The notes beneath the pieces were generated by a model. That model was given only the letters and a program-made list of their open reading frames with translations. It ran no database searches and was not told where the DNA came from. Shown piece after piece: positions 22,272 through 36,693 of a DNA stretch of 64,000 nt. Made by a program: the position numbers and the translations under genes. The DNA comes from Asterias rubens (taxonomy: Eukaryota). How positions within the stretch are numbered: the stretch's first letter is position 1; every line of letters starts with the position of its first letter. The stretch lies in NCBI RefSeq assembly GCF_902459465.1, contig NC_047064.1:20336001-20400000 (forward strand). Direction: 5' to 3'.

Positions 22272-23909
22272 AAGGAGCGTTGGTCTTGATAAATGTACAA
22301 AGAGGATGAAAGTAATGTAACAACACATCTATAAATCATAACGAAACGCACGATATTCCTTGAATCCAGCCTCAAGTCATCTGGGAAGTATTGGCCGGCA
22401 GCCTTCATTAAAAGTGCAAGCCATTTAATATCATCATGACTGTCTCCTCCTATACGTACATGTACATCCATGCTCTTATTTCAAAGCCCCACGTCGTCGT
22501 TCTCCCCAAACCCTTCCCTCAAACGATCAGTATTCGTGGCACGCCGTGCCTCTGTCGGTTCAACGAGTGCTCTCTCTCGTCAGATGGCGCTCTGAGATTT
22601 GCAGAATAAAGTTTACGCTGCGCCCGAGGACACAGAACTGTTCTTCAAATATATACCATCCGGAGTTGTCGAGTTTTTCAGTCTACGGACAGAAGGAGTT
22701 TGTAGGGTTTTTTGGTCGTTAAAGAAACAATAATGGAGAGAATGGGTCACCACAGACATGAAAGATGCCATATATACACCTCTTCTTCTTTTGATTAAAA
22801 TCACGTTTCCGACATTAAGAAGAATTTGTTTTACACTTTCTGTGTTACATTCCTGAAGGTTCTTATGTTTTAGAGAGAAAAGTTTGAATGTTTTCTGTTG
22901 GTGGAACAGATGTACCCTCATACTGTGGTTTGGGTACTGGCCTGGTCACCAGTCTTATTTCTTCATCTTTTTCTTACATTCTGTGCATTTTAAGAAGTGT
23001 TAGATGCTTTTGATAAGTTTTATGTACGCAATATAAATCTTAATTTAATATTGTTGTTAAACTAATTTGATAAAAACTTATGAGCACACATGTATCAGTG
23101 CCAACGCTGTGTAATAACGCCTTGACGTATTTGCAAATGTGTATCTTACTGAAGAATTCCTTTGAGTTGTTTGGGAATTTGAAAAACTCCGGAGGGTTTT
23201 TCTTTAAGGTCAAATCAAGGTCATCTTTCCCGGCACATGTGTATTGTGGAACCACTCTCCCATGCTTCTTTTAGACCAACACCCTTCCAACATGTATATC
23301 TATTCATTACTATGCGCGCCTCACTTGGCTCTTTGAAATTTTGTGACCTTGTCGCCTCCTACTCAACCTTACAGGGACTTGTGTTTTCTTTTTTCTTTTT
23401 TTTTTTTCTGGAAGGGAATATTAGGTGCGGAATTTAATGAAATATGTGTCCGGATGAAGATTAATGTAGAGAGAGGGTTTCGTGATCACGGCGTGGAAAC
23501 AAATTAATCCAGGCTTGCAGGTGAAGTTGCCCTTGTGCAAGATGGCTGGTTATTGGTTTAATTTGGAATAAAGACGTAATGCGATGTTATACAGTCTCTT
23601 TATGGATCCCGTTTCTATGGGACTGGTATTGTGTTGTTGTTGTTGTTTTGGTTGTTTTTTTTTTTTTTTGGGGGGGGGGGGCGAATTTTCCTACATGGTT
23701 TTCAAGAATTGTTCAAGTTTAATTGAGGTGATATTGAATTGTCTATCGGGTCAACAAATTCTGAGACCAATTTCATGTCTCTGTTTATCGTCACCATGAA
23801 ATTACTGCTTGCTACATTTACATGTAGCATTGTTACCTTTACGCCCCTGAAGATCTGTACGCATGTATAATAGAGAACAGCGATACAGGAATATTGAATT
23901 GAAGATACT

Positions 23910-24590
23910 GGGAGGAAATTTTTGTAATCGTGTTTTGAAGACACAGTCCACAAAAGAGGGTGTGGTCCAAGTTAGGATTCAAACCGGGGCCTACAGAAGT
24001 GAAAGGCAGTAGGTAAGACACCGCTAAAATCAAGGTGTTCTGTAATTCCTGACTTGAATGCTGTAAATTATAGACCTCTTGTAGGAAATCTTTGTAACCG
24101 TGTAAGAATTGAAGACACTGTCCACACAAGAGGCTGTGGTCTGAGTTAGGATTTGAACCCTAGCCTACAGAAGTGAAAGGCAGTAGGTAAGACACCGCTA
24201 AAATCAAGGTGTTCTGTAATTCCTGACTTGAATGCTGTAAATTATAGACCTCTTGTAGGAAATCTTTGTAACCGTATAAGAACTGAAGACACTGTCTACA
24301 CAAGAGGTTGTGGTCCGTCCAGGTGAGGATTCGAACCGGGGTTTAAAGAAGTGAAACTACAGAAGGGTAAGACACCGATAAGCCAAGGTGTTCTATCATT
24401 CCTGACTTGAATGCTGTAAATTATAGATCTCTTGTAGGAAATCTTTGTAATCATGTAAGAACTGAAGACACAATGCCCACACAAGAGGGTGTGGTCTGAG
24501 GTAGGATTCGAACAGGGTCTCAAGAAATGAGAAGCAGAAGGGCAAGACACCAATAAGCCAAGGTGTTCTATAATTCCTGACTTGAATGCA
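23910..24590 (-). repeat. Tandem repeat, 174-178 bp x about 4, containing a related tRNA-like head
   Basis: B-box complements at 23975, 24149, 24327 and 24504. Shares GTCTGAGGTAGGATTCGAAC with the left-most units of the first array. Confidence 0.9.
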
Positions 24591-26340
24591 GTCTCCCCGT
24601 GGAGTTGCTGTCATACGTAAATGCCTCAGTTAGATTTGGAATTCCGTGCCAACTTCCCAGTCGTCACGTTGCTCAGTTTCCTCATTACACCAGGGGACTG
24701 TTTATTTAACCATACCGGGGACCCGGTGTAAATGTTCGTCTTATTAGACGTGTGAACAGTGACAATATCATCGCGCCGTCTCCGGGAAATTAACTGAAAA
24801 CAGTTTTCTGCGAATGTTTGAATGACACTCTGCTGTAGATTGCCTCTGCTGGGAATTCCTCTTGGATAAATAAACAAGCCAAATGTTCTTCGTTCTAATT
24901 TCCACATCTAGTGGTGAGGAAAAAATACAAATCAATTTCTTAAATATGCCGCTGGGTGCGGGGGGGGGGGGGGGGCTGACAAACAAGAAGAAATTCTTCT
25001 TTACATGTATACAATGTACATTTTATGCTCAGATCAAGCCGCATATCATGTAGCCTATGTCTCTTTCATTCTAGAAAAGCATCGGTACACACCAAGTCTT
25101 TAATTACTAGGAGATCATGGTCTCTGTTGCCCTGGTCTTGGCATTGGTGCCCCTGCAAAAGTTTCCAATAGACTGTAAGATTTTCTGATAACAAGTGTCC
25201 TCTGCAAAATGAAAAAGGGACCCTGGCATCTCAAAAATCTCAAAAAAACTCCAGGCATGACAGACACAATAGCAGTAATTTGAGTTATGTTTTTAAATGG
25301 CTTAGGGCAACTATTTTTCCATTCTTCTTAAATTTCAAAGAGTTTGTCTTTCTAAGAAAGGAACTTTTTTAAATTAATGTCTAAAAATAGGAAGCAATTC
25401 TCAACCCACACTCCTCATTTGACGATATCATTTCGATTAGTTTTCTGTCAAACTCCGAGTCGACTGTATTTCAAATGTTTGCCATCAAACACTCCTACTG
25501 TTTATCTGCAAATCAATAACCATTTCAAAACGAAATTTAATAGTGAAGTACATTCGGAGTAGACCATATACTATTACAAGTCAACCTTCCCAAAAAACAA
25601 GGTTGAATTAAATAAAGCATACAAAAAAGGAGTAGATCTTGAATCTTTAGAAATAGTGCTTCTCGTCCTTGAAGTAAAACAAGGCATTTCATTGCGGGGG
25701 GTCGTAATTTGACTGATTCCGTTGATAATTATTGATTAGGGTTGTGAATGGTACACCCTTGGTCTATCTCGTATTACTTGAACGACGACAGCTGAAAACT
25801 CTGTGCCAGTTGTCCGGCCACAATGAGACGTCCGCTACCCTGCACTTCAGATGAAACTCAAGCAAATGTTTGAGTTTGCTTTTCCAACGCTATTGACAAT
25901 ATCTACGTGTGCCGGAGTAAGTTTCTTGCTCTGCAATTTGACGTCGAAAGACGACTGTCAAATTACAGGTAGTTACTGAGCGACAGTCCTAAATGAAACT
26001 TCAAAGTATTTTACTTCACAGTTGTGACTAGTTGCATGATGGTTTTGACATAACCTATGAAAGTTAACTTGGGTTGTTCATAAAGAAACAACCTTGTTTC
26101 CTTTCAGAAGCGAGCATTTGTGGAATTGGGGCAATTTCGTATACGTGTTAGATGAATAAGCAGTTTTGAGGTTTCAAACCCCAAGGCTAGCTGTTGCTTA
26201 AATGAAATCTGATTTCAAACTTTAATTCAGGTTGAAAAATTTACTGAAATTATGTGGGGAAAAAAAGAAAGAAATATAGAAATTACAGATAACGTCCCTA
26301 TCAAAGTCGTGTGTGATAGTGGGGTGTTATGACTGATCGA

Positions 26341-26762
26341 TTAAGGGCAGTGGACTTAAAGGTAAGTACTGTGATCTACAGATTGTGGGTTAGAATCTCG
26401 GCCTGGTCAGTTAAAATACTTGTGTCTTTGAGCAAGGCACTATCATAGTTGCTTCTCCCCACCCAGGAGTACAAATGGGCGAGAGCTTGTGGGCTCAAGT
26501 TCTGTAATTTACAGAACGTAGGTTTGAATCCTGGCCTGACTCAGATGTGACACTTATGTTCTTAATCAAGACACTTTATCATAAGTGCTTCTCTCCACCC
26601 AGGAGAACAAATGGGTATCTGCAAGAGCTTAGAATAACCTGTTTTGGACTGGCATCCTGTCCAGTGGAATTAGAAATGCAATGCATCTCTGTTTTTCAAA
26701 GCCAATGAAACCAGGTAAAAACACCGGCCCGATGAGCCATATTGGCTTGGGACAGACTTTAT
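26341..26762 (+). mobile_element. Two tandem diverged SINE copies (V-domain-like 3' part)
   Basis: The core tgcttctc(c/t)ccacccaggag.acaaatggg occurs twice. The 3' part gactggcatcctgtccag...ccggcccgatgagcc..ttggcttgggacagac is also seen at 49215-49385. Confidence 0.7.
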
Positions 26763-27351
26763 TAATGTCTTTTGCTAACGTCCCGTGAGTCATTTAGTGT
26801 CTTTGAAATAAATAGCCCTGCAAAACTCATCAGGTCTTTACACTTTTGTGGTTTTTGACGTGAACTCAACGGGCAATCATCATCCGGAGAGCAAACCATA
26901 TTTCACGGGATGCAAACAACGGCCCTCAAATTCATCCCGAAATTTTAGTTTAAATAGACTCAGATAAAGTACACAGGAGCACTTCAAACACTTGGGAGAT
27001 ATTTGATACTATCTTAGGTCTTGACTTGTTCAAGATGCCGTGGAGGATGGATGGATGAGGTGGACATCTTAGTCATGGTCTTCTTATTGCTCCTTTGCTA
27101 ACAGAGAAGTACCCTCTTCTCAGAGACACTTTGTGGAAATACCACCAACAAGTTTCTTCCTTTGGGTTTTGGAAAACTTTTTTTCAGTCTATTTGTTTTC
27201 AAGATTATTGTGGTATACCATGGAAGAAGAATCATTCAAACCTCCATGGGTACACTAACCAAAGGTTTCTTGTCATGTTCCCTGTGTGTTACTGCGCATG
27301 AAATACTGTTCACTTTATAGCAAGTAGGATTTGAAAGTTTGCATGGTGGGA

Positions 27352-27527
27352 GTATAATAATAATAATTTGGGGGGGCTAATCATCCTTACTCGCAGCTAA
27401 GAGCTGAATTGCGAAGGACGCGGCTACAACGTGTTCGAGAAGCAGGCATGCAAGGGCGCATTCAGCTGCCAGCCACATCAACCCATTATGACCACGGAGC
27501 ACAGCCAAGATCGAAAGTGTTTGATTT
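27352..27527 (-). mobile_element. 5'-truncated copy of the 39951-40290 SINE
   Basis: About 150 bp near-identical (gggctaatcatccttactcgcagctaag...gatcgaaagtgtttgattttt), followed by poly-T. Confidence 0.85.
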
Positions 27528-28989
27528 TTTTTTTTTTTTTTTTTTTTCAGGTTAGGTTTGCAGAAGCATTGTAAATCTAATTTGAGTAACTTGGTGGTTG
27601 GTTCTGAAAAGATTTGGTGGTTGACAACTCTGTAGGGAGGCGATCAAGAAGACGATCCAGGCAAGCCATGTATGCTTCGTTTTTGAATGATCAAGGTATC
27701 AGGCCAAAGACCCAAGCGTACTTGTCAACCACCAGTTCTTCTCAGAACCAACCTTACTCTAAAGAAATTTACACACGGTGCTAGATGTCTGCTGAAATTT
27801 GACGATAACCTTTTTCTAAGTACATGAATAAAGTCAAGAATAATGACAGTAAGCGCAGTTAATTAGTTGTTATCATCATGCGTCCTTCCATGTGGATATT
27901 TCCCAAAATAATTTTAATTGTTTGTTTAACTTTTTGTTAGTCTTCTGGAGGCTTAAAATGTAAAACAGTGGGGGTACAGTAGAAACTTTGAAAATTGGGA
28001 AAACACTTGAAATTCTGATTGGAAAGCTTTCTACTGTACACAAAAGCCCATGACAAGTTTTGCTCATTTTAATAGTCATTAGAAATACTTTACTTTTCAG
28101 AAATTTGATAAACAGGATCAACAAAAAACTCCCTCCATGTAGATAACATAAAGGCCCAGCGAAATGTGAATTTTATTTACGGGTCAATAACAATATCCGT
28201 TATTGAGTCAAAGACTTCGTGTTCGTGTGCGACGTACGTGTCAGCTACAAATGGGTTAATCAAACACAGGTATTCAGATACGTGACATGCCAGATGGTAG
28301 GCACGGAGTGGAGAGAGAGACAGACACAGAAAAAAGAAAGAAAAAAAAAACCCCGACATCACTCAAATTATGACGGTGAGGTTTTCTTATTGACGTATCT
28401 GTAACAAAAGCTCTGTGTTCTTTTTTGATGGCCGAACGCTAAACCCCACTTCACACCGGTCTAATTGATCGATAGACCCGCTATGCCGAGAGTGGATTAA
28501 TTGTGTGGAGATACAACCGCTGCATTACGGGGTGTGGGACCTTCTCAATAGGTTTCATTGTGGGAGGGGGATGGTTGAATGAAGTTGGTTTTTTAGTAGA
28601 TTGGCTTTTATCCTTGGCACAGAAACTGTGTGAAGGGCTTGTTGATCATTGGAAAAGCAATTTATACTAATTGGGCAGTTTGAAGTGAGTGGCAAGAGTG
28701 TACTTTTCAACAATTTCGAGAGGAGAGGGGAGGGGTAGGGGGTTGTAGTCTGATGTGAATCCCTCGGCACTGTAACCTTTTGTATTTTTAATCAAAATAA
28801 TGAACCACCAGGGACGTGGTAAATTTGTAATGATTTGGGGTTGAACAAAGAAATATCTAGCGTGATTTGAACCAACGATCTTCGGATTAATGTGCAGATG
28901 CTCAACCTGTGAGCTATTTACTGTATTCCTTTATTGGCTGTTTCCCTATTTTGTCAATTTTTTTTTCCGAAGGTGCCAGTCAGAAGCCA

Positions 28990-29105
28990 GGCTTTGGTTA
29001 ACACAAAACACAATGTCTATAGATTTACATTAAACTTACACAGTTTGAAGATAAGGATGGTAAAAAGCTTCCCTTCCAAGTTTTTGGTTTTACTGCGCCT
29101 TGAAC
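28990..29105. mobile_element. Family C MITE fragment
   Basis: acacaatgtctatagatttacattaaacttacacagtttgaagataa matches the family C arm. Confidence 0.6.
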
Positions 29106-31743
29106 ACCCAGCATGGTGGATAAGGGTGCATTACAAGTCTAATTATGATTATTATTATTATTCCCTTATTAAAGTAGTATATACAAATACCTTTTGTTTA
29201 AGGTAAGCTTTCAACTATCATTAGCTGCCCTTTTTTTTTTTTTTGGAGGGGGGGGGGGGGGTCAGGGATCACTCCAAAATTTAGCTATTTTCACCCCTTC
29301 CCAGTGTGCTTATTATGTTGCTTGTCTATGTAATATTTTGTATTTTGAGACGAGTATAGGATTTGAGGCATTGCATGGGGAGAAGAGTAGTATACAAAAT
29401 ATGTTGACTTGAGTTGAATTGAATTGAATAACACATGTACAAGTTGGAGGGTTTCACTCTCAATGGGGCGTGATGTTTATATTGCTCTCCACTGAACATC
29501 TCAATTCACACCCCCTCCTTGCTTCATCTAATCTCCGAGGAAAAAAAAAAGGGTGACACACTACGCGGAGGAACACAAACAGATGCAGTGTGGAACACCT
29601 GGTGTTAGGGTCGCGTAGCGGAGAGTGGTCTCGTCCCTGAGCGGAGCGGAGAGACTGTTGCCGATTGACTCGCTTTCAACTCCGGGGTTAGTCGGCCAAT
29701 CGCACAAATTATGATGCATTTTGGTATTCAATGCGACCACTCAAGCGTACTGCCTCTGTGCCACCGGCATAGAAGAGCATCTCATATTGATTCCTTGATG
29801 CTGGCATAGACGCGGTGAGCATGTGCAATATTACGGATCTCTGAGCTTTTTAGTCTAGCGGTTGTTCTTTAAAGATACGGAGATATGGTTTCTTTGCGAT
29901 TTTTTTTATTATTATGAATGGAGAAAATAATTTAGGAGAGTGGTGTGCTGATGGCTGTCTTTTTCTGCTGATGGTATCATTATGGCTCTCTGGGATAGGA
30001 CTTGCCAAAGAGAAAGGAAAACTGGCTTTCACTTTGAGATTTTTTACCATTGGTAGAAAAACATGTTTTTTTTTTCTTTTACTTTTACTTTTACTTTTTC
30101 TTTTACAGTTGTTTATTTTTGTTCTTGATGAATCTGATGTAAAGGAGACGAAGACATTCATTTTCATCAAGAATTTTTTTTTATTTTCGTATTTTTTTTT
30201 ATACATCTGAAGCGATGTACTCTGATTACCTAATGAGATCGTTCTGATTCTCAGAGATTTTCTGTTTAATGGACACATAATGAATTGTACATTCTGTGCA
30301 ACCTTGAGGTGTTTGTTGACCCCGGGCTATTTGTCGTCCGGCTGTCTCAGGTTGATTGCTTGATGACAGTTGATTATAGTGTTTGTAATCTCGGCGTTTT
30401 ACTTGCCACAATCTGCCAATCTAAGATCTTGTTTTTTTGAGTAACAATACGAGTCCTGTCTTTTACTCGCTAATTGCAATCAACAGTCAATCACACCTCG
30501 CACAATTATTGTGATTAGCCTCGATGAATTGATTTCAAAAACAGCAGTAAGTACCGGCTCACGCCGTGTCGTCGTTAGAGACATTTTTAATTGCTCTGAC
30601 CAGCCGTAGGTAATCGAATACGCTCAACATGAACGTAACTTTAATTAGTCTCCATCAAGTCGCAACGTACTACTATTGTGGTCGTAGGATGGGGTTAGCT
30701 ATTAATGACACCCAGAATGTTCCCAGCAGAATTCCAAATCGGAAGATGTTCGTTCAGAGACGTTGACTCTGGAGGCGCTGTCGTATTTGTTTCATTGATT
30801 CTCAACTTACGTTACCTTTCCCATTAACTATCAGGCCTGGGTTGAAACCCTGCCCTCTGTTGCCCATGGTCTCCGGGCCTTGGTGCCCCTTCAGCAGTTG
30901 TTAACAAAGCTCAGGAGGTTCCAATGGAAGTGCCATTTTGCCTACATTTGTGTAGCCCTCACAAAGATGAAATTCATTGTCTGCCTATATTGGCCATCTG
31001 ACTTGATAAAGTGACCATCTTGTACCCGCCTTATAAAGAGATCTCTACCCATGTTCCTCTGATACGTCTTGAACAATATGTTGGGTCATTAAGTTGTCAC
31101 ACCTGTTCTGCGTACCTCCTTTTAATTTTGAAACAAAGAATTAAAACAATTCATGTTTCTTTTATATTTGTTTACTACAATCATTGAGCTCATCATCAGG
31201 AAAGATTGAAACTTGCTCAAACTTGTCGAAACAATATCTGCAAAGAGTCATAAACTTTTCTTGTTATTTAAAGAAAAGTTGTACCCATAGTTGTAGCTGT
31301 ACTCGTTTATATGCAACCAATATGAGACTTAATGACTCTACATGGCAGAGTGTCAATGTCATTGTGTATGGAACTCTGAGCATGCGCACATTTTCAAGAA
31401 GAAAGTTTGCTTCCACCCCCTTGCATTGTCAAAATTCATCCATTATACTTTTATCATATTATTTTACCTTTTTGTTTGTCAGAGTTAAATAAGAAATTTA
31501 TTATAAAATTGAACTGGACAATACAGATTTTAGCTTCTGAGTGACTTCGGGAGCGAAGTCATGCCTACGGCACACATGCTCGAGATATGACAACACGATG
31601 AATAAAATGCATGCTTCAAATTTAAATTGCCTTGCACTACAATTTTATTCTGCAGTCCATCAACACACAACAAAGCCAAGTTCATAGATTTGCGCCAAAT
31701 TTCTCCGCGGCCTGTATAGGAATGCTTTTAGAATGAAAAGCAG

Positions 31744-31869
31744 TTAAAGGAACAACTTGCCTCTACTTTTACAACATCTTTCTACCCATGTAATGCATTT
31801 TATAACAAACAGTTACAAACGCTTTTCAAAGACCAACTTGACTGATCCAAGGCAACATGTTCCTTTTAA
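31744..31869. mobile_element. TTAA MITE family B, short deletion derivative
   Basis: TTAA-AGGAAC left end fused to the right arm, ending ggcaacatgttcctt-TTAA. Confidence 0.75.
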
Positions 31870-33548
31870 GCAGAGCAACATATTGCTTACCAGAATGAGG
31901 TTACCAGCCAAACTTGATGTCTGTTGTACCATCTGTGACTGGTATCACAAGAGATTTCTCGTGAATTTATTTTTTAGCAGAAAATTATAAGCAAGCTTTT
32001 CTGCCTGAGCAGTTCCATGAAACCGGATTCCTTGTTTAATTACAATGAATTAGAATTTCATTTTCTTGAAAAGACAATTCTCAAACAGTTTTTTTCTTTC
32101 TCCTGGCTGTCATTGTCTTTATTTTAACAGGACACCAACACATGTTTACATTATATAATTACAATCAGCTGCACCATAAATAAACACACCGAGAACTTAT
32201 TAACTGTCATCCAGTAGGTTGCAACATTTCTGTCAAGAGATTTGTCTAATTTATAAATTAGGTTAAAATCAACATTATTGTGCACGCAGATGTGTATAAT
32301 TGCATTAAAATTTTAATACGGCTTCTCTGTTCAAATACTTGGACATTGTTTTTTTTGTATTCAAAGGTATAGAGATGGCATTTATTTGAACAGGCTGCTG
32401 ATGCTCATTCTTGTGTTTAATACAGTGTCGTGCATCATTTATAAGCTGAGTCAATAGAGTTGTGTACCTCCGAAGACCAATACCGTGTTCCAACACAGGG
32501 GGGAGTATAGTGTAAATGATATCAGATAAATCAAACATCTACTCATCACAAATACATAGTTAAAAAACATCTTGTGATATAAAATTGCAGTGAATCAGCA
32601 ATCCCTACACGGTTACTCTGTCAATATGCGTTGGTTTAATAACGTGGGTCATCCACTGCACTTCTCGTGCGTTGGAGATGATAAGACAGCAATATCTCAA
32701 AGCCACGAGATTGTCTTCTCTCGCTACTACCATCCCGTTAGAAAACGCGGCTAAATTATGAATTTAGTGGAGTCTTACTGAAGCATACAAGGGGGTTGGT
32801 GTGTAACGCGACGTGTGTAAATGAAGGATTCACACTGTAATCTAAATAAGCTTGGTGTGTATGGTGTATTGGAAACGTATGACTCATGTAGGAGGTCTGA
32901 GGAGGATGTCATGAGTCGGGATGCGGCGGGCCGGCTTCTTCTGATGGGGCTGGGAGCCGAACGTGGATATATTCTGAATAATCTTAGTGTTTTTTTTGTA
33001 GACAGTTGTAGATGAGCTCTTGACTCACGGGACTGTATGGAGGCTGAGAAGCTCCAGAGAGGATGGGAAATATTTTAAGCCCTTTTTTTCCGTCTCTTCT
33101 TACCCCCCCCCCCCATGAAGGTAAAATGTATCTACAAAAATGAATAAAAAAGTAAAATGTATGAATAAACAGTAGTCAAATTTAATTAAATTAGAGCGAA
33201 ATAAATCGATAAATGGTTTACATTTTTACAAGCAGAAATGGTAAATTTATTTAACAAAATAGGGAAATAGAAGTAATAAATGTAGACGCAAATTGTTGAA
33301 TGGAAGTTTACCAAATTAATATTAAATAGTAAACCACGGAACAAGGATATTGGCGAAATAGGGAGACCGCCCATCATAGGGCTAGAATAAGAAAGCTCAG
33401 TTGGTAGAGCATGAGGATGTTTTAATCCTGATGTTGTTGGTTCAAATCATTCTCGAGTAAATTTGGTTTTACTCAACCCCAAATCAAATTAAATAAATTG
33501 TACAAAACGCGCAGAACAAAATAGTTATTCAATGAGGTAAAAATTGGT

Positions 33549-33915
33549 TTAAAGGGTGTATGTACTTTTTGTGGGACAAAAAACACAATGTCCACAGATT
33601 TACACTAAACTTACACAGTTTGAAGATAATGATAGTGGAAAGCTTCCCTTCAAATATTATTTACTGAGGTGCTGTAGTTTTTGAGAAATGAGTAAAACAA
33701 TGTCATGAAAATACGTTTGTAAATGATTAAAATAATATTCGTCTCAAAATTATTTTCATGACATTGTTTTAGTCATTTCCCAAAAACTACAGCACCTCAG
33801 GGCGTAATATTTTCAGGGAAGCTTTCTACTATCATTATCTTCAAACTGTGTAAGTTTAGTGTAAATCTGTGAACATTGTGTTTTTTGCCCTACAAAAGTT
33901 ACATAGACCCTTTAA
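33549..33915. mobile_element. TTAA fold-back MITE family C
   Basis: TTAA-AGGGTGTATGTAC...GTTACATAGACCCT-TTAA, with inverted arms of about 170 bp. Confidence 0.9.
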
Positions 33916-36041
33916 TGGGAAATTAAATACTCATCAAACTGATATTGATTAAGAAAAGAATGGTTGCTTTGAAACAATAAACACAAATAGTTAAAATAGA
34001 AAACAAAATTAAAAGAAGAGAGGAAAAAAAGTGCAGGTGGTGGGGTTAAGAGTTAGCCCCAAGCTCTCCAACAAATCACGGAGAATTCCTCCAAAGCTTT
34101 TAGTGTTTTTATTTCTTTAATCGAATCATACCTCCCATGTCAGAATCCTTTGCTACCTTGAACTTTTCTTAATTTGATTTGTGCTCCTCATCATCACGGA
34201 ATGTCTGTGGATTGTATCACAGTCTCTTCTAGAAACTATAACAAGACCAGTCTCGGTCATCAATATTATTGCTTGTAACTTAATCAAGGATGGGACGTTT
34301 TAGATCTACTTGTGTATCTGGGCCCAATTTCATGGCTCTGCTTACCGTGAGCCAAAAAATTGGCGCTTGCGGAAGCAGGGAATTCTGTTCTTACATCAAG
34401 CGTATTTCACAGGTTAGTGGGAATTTTGGCTTTTGCGCAAGCATACTTCACGTGACTAGGCATTCTGCGCTTACAACAGCTAGGGAAGAAATTTGGCAGA
34501 GAATGGTGATCGTAAGCGCAGAATTCTGCGGTAAAGAGGTTCACAAGATTGCCAGGTTATTCTGTTTGTCTATTTTGCATCAAGTTGATTAGCACAGGTT
34601 TGACTCCTTAGTTGCATACACAACACTGATGACGTGCTACCAGGGCTAGCTCTTTGATGTACATGTACATTTATCTTCAAGTACGCGCTAATGATTCGCA
34701 GAATGGAGTGGTGATAAAAACCTATATTGCACCGCTAATATCACTACCTTGCGTCTTGTGTGTTCTATGGTCACCCGCCAAGTTTGCTTGAAGATAAATA
34801 CGTTATCACACGCGCGCTCGTGGAAATAAGGAAAATGTCTTTCTGTATTCCACTCGCGCTTGTGTGATTACCTTATTATCTAGTTCAGAGGATAGGCCTA
34901 CTGCGTGTCTGAGAACTCCTTAAAATCTATAACTCCAAGGGTCACAAAAAGGTGGAATTATGCCATCATGATCAAGGCAGGTCTGTGGCTGTACATGGAA
35001 TTAAGAACTCTCAAACTCTGGTTGTGCGCGCTCCTTCCATATGAGACAGGGAGGGCGCACATGTGCAATAATGTGGTTACAGTTCATATATATATATATA
35101 TATACAGCCACAGGCATGATGATATCCAGTGCCTCTTGAATAAAATTGACCTAGTTTCCGAGGGTCACATATCAAAGCTGTTATATGCATGATCTGATTT
35201 TCTGTTAAGCAGAAGTTAAATACTTCTTAGTATGCCAGGTATTGTATAAGGAATTGTAGCTTAGCTTTGTCTTTGCTCAGCAAACAGCCGTGTGACAATT
35301 TGTCACCATTTGTCCTGCCCATATTTGTTTCCTTCTTGTCTTTCCCAAATATTCCTTGTCAATGTCATCCTTTGTTGGTTGTGTCCCAATATTGATTAAT
35401 GTAGTCCTATGGCCCAATCCCCTTAGTGTTGCGGTGGTGCCACATGATTGAGCATACATGTACTCTTCCAATGAGATTCACACAAATATTTCTTTCAAAT
35501 TGAGGAAATACTCAAGTCAATTTGTGACATATTCATGTTGTTGCAAGGAGTTGCAGATCAATAATAGAATGATTTACAATTAGAGTAGTTTTTATTTGTC
35601 ACGTTATAAAGATAAGATTTTCATTGATGAAATGCACATTCACTTTGTATTGAACACCAGTTGTCTGCTGACCAAGCAGAAGTGATTGCGCTGCAAGATT
35701 GTTCCAAGCTCCTTATCCTCTAGAGTCTCCTCAATGAAAAGTCTGCACTGTTTCCTTCTAGAATGATACCATAGTCCTTCATGCCCTCCTAGCCCCCTCC
35801 AAACCCAACAATCCCCCATCCCCGCAAAATGGTTTGTTGATCCATCGTCCGTTACAAGATGTTTTGCCAACCTAAATGTGGTCACAGATGCAATAAAAGC
35901 TGCATTGTGACTACGCTGTAGCTGCAATAATTGTATCTAGACGGGTCTCTGTAGAGTTCGGTCCCCATAGAGCTCTGTCTACTCGGATTAAAGTGCATGT
36001 ACCTCCGACATGTTTTACTTCATGCATTCAACTACGTTAGG

Positions 36042-36262
36042 ACCAAAGATTATAGAACACCGAAGGTGCGAGATGGGCAACTGGATCTTTATCTACTGTT
36101 GGAACCCCAAAAAAGCATAGGCGCCATTTTTGTTGCATTGGTAGCAATGTTGTCTGCACTCTATTGTTGCATTAAAAGAGTTGCTTACTGGAATGGAGTC
36201 CAGTGCATAACATTCACCCTGAGTTGTTCATCTTGTGCCTTCAGTGTTCTATAATCTGTGGT
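36042..36262. mobile_element. MITE with TIRs of about 45 bp
   Basis: ACCAAAGATTATAGAACACCGAAGG is the reverse complement of the right end (CCTTCAGTGTTCTATAATCTGTGGT). A diverged relative lies at about 3270-3515. Confidence 0.7.
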
Positions 36263-36693
36263 TAGAACAGACGTACACTGAACCACAAGAGGGCGCTGTT
36301 TGTGTAAAACCTGCAGGCGAGATTACTAATTGTGTTTTCTAAAATAGAGAATCCACTTATATTTCAGTGACAGATTATATGTATGTGTGGTGTAGGTACA
36401 CTATTCTCAATTTGTTTACATGGTGGTCTTCAGTCATCCATTTAGCAACTCCCCTCTTTTCTCAGGCCCCTCCCCCGCCAGCCCCTACCTTCGTGAGAAA
36501 TTGTGGATCTGTACCCAATTAGTGTACCTCCCTTTTAATGTCAACGATATCAGGGTTATTGCAATTTTGTTAAATCTGACAGTGACCGGCCTTGGTTTTG
36601 TAATCTCTGCTTGGGGTGATTTCATCGCACAAGTCCAGACATTCATTTCTGTTAATTCCTACAAGGTTTTTAAAGGTCTTCCAGTATGTGTCT

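Noticed and set aside
29850-30278. 142-aa Lys-rich and 98-aa Phe-rich overlapping ORFs
   Set aside because: They arise from low-complexity T/A-rich sequence and (TTTTAC)n.
33378-33470. tRNA-like AGCTCAGTTGGTAGAGCA...GGTTCAAATC (also minus-strand at about 28855 and 53175)
   Set aside because: The cloverleaf stems fail; these are degenerate SINE heads, not tRNA genes.
35277-35927. Two phase-compatible minus-strand ORF segments (possible exons)
   Set aside because: Weak splice sites, no recognisable homology and no supporting neighbouring exons.
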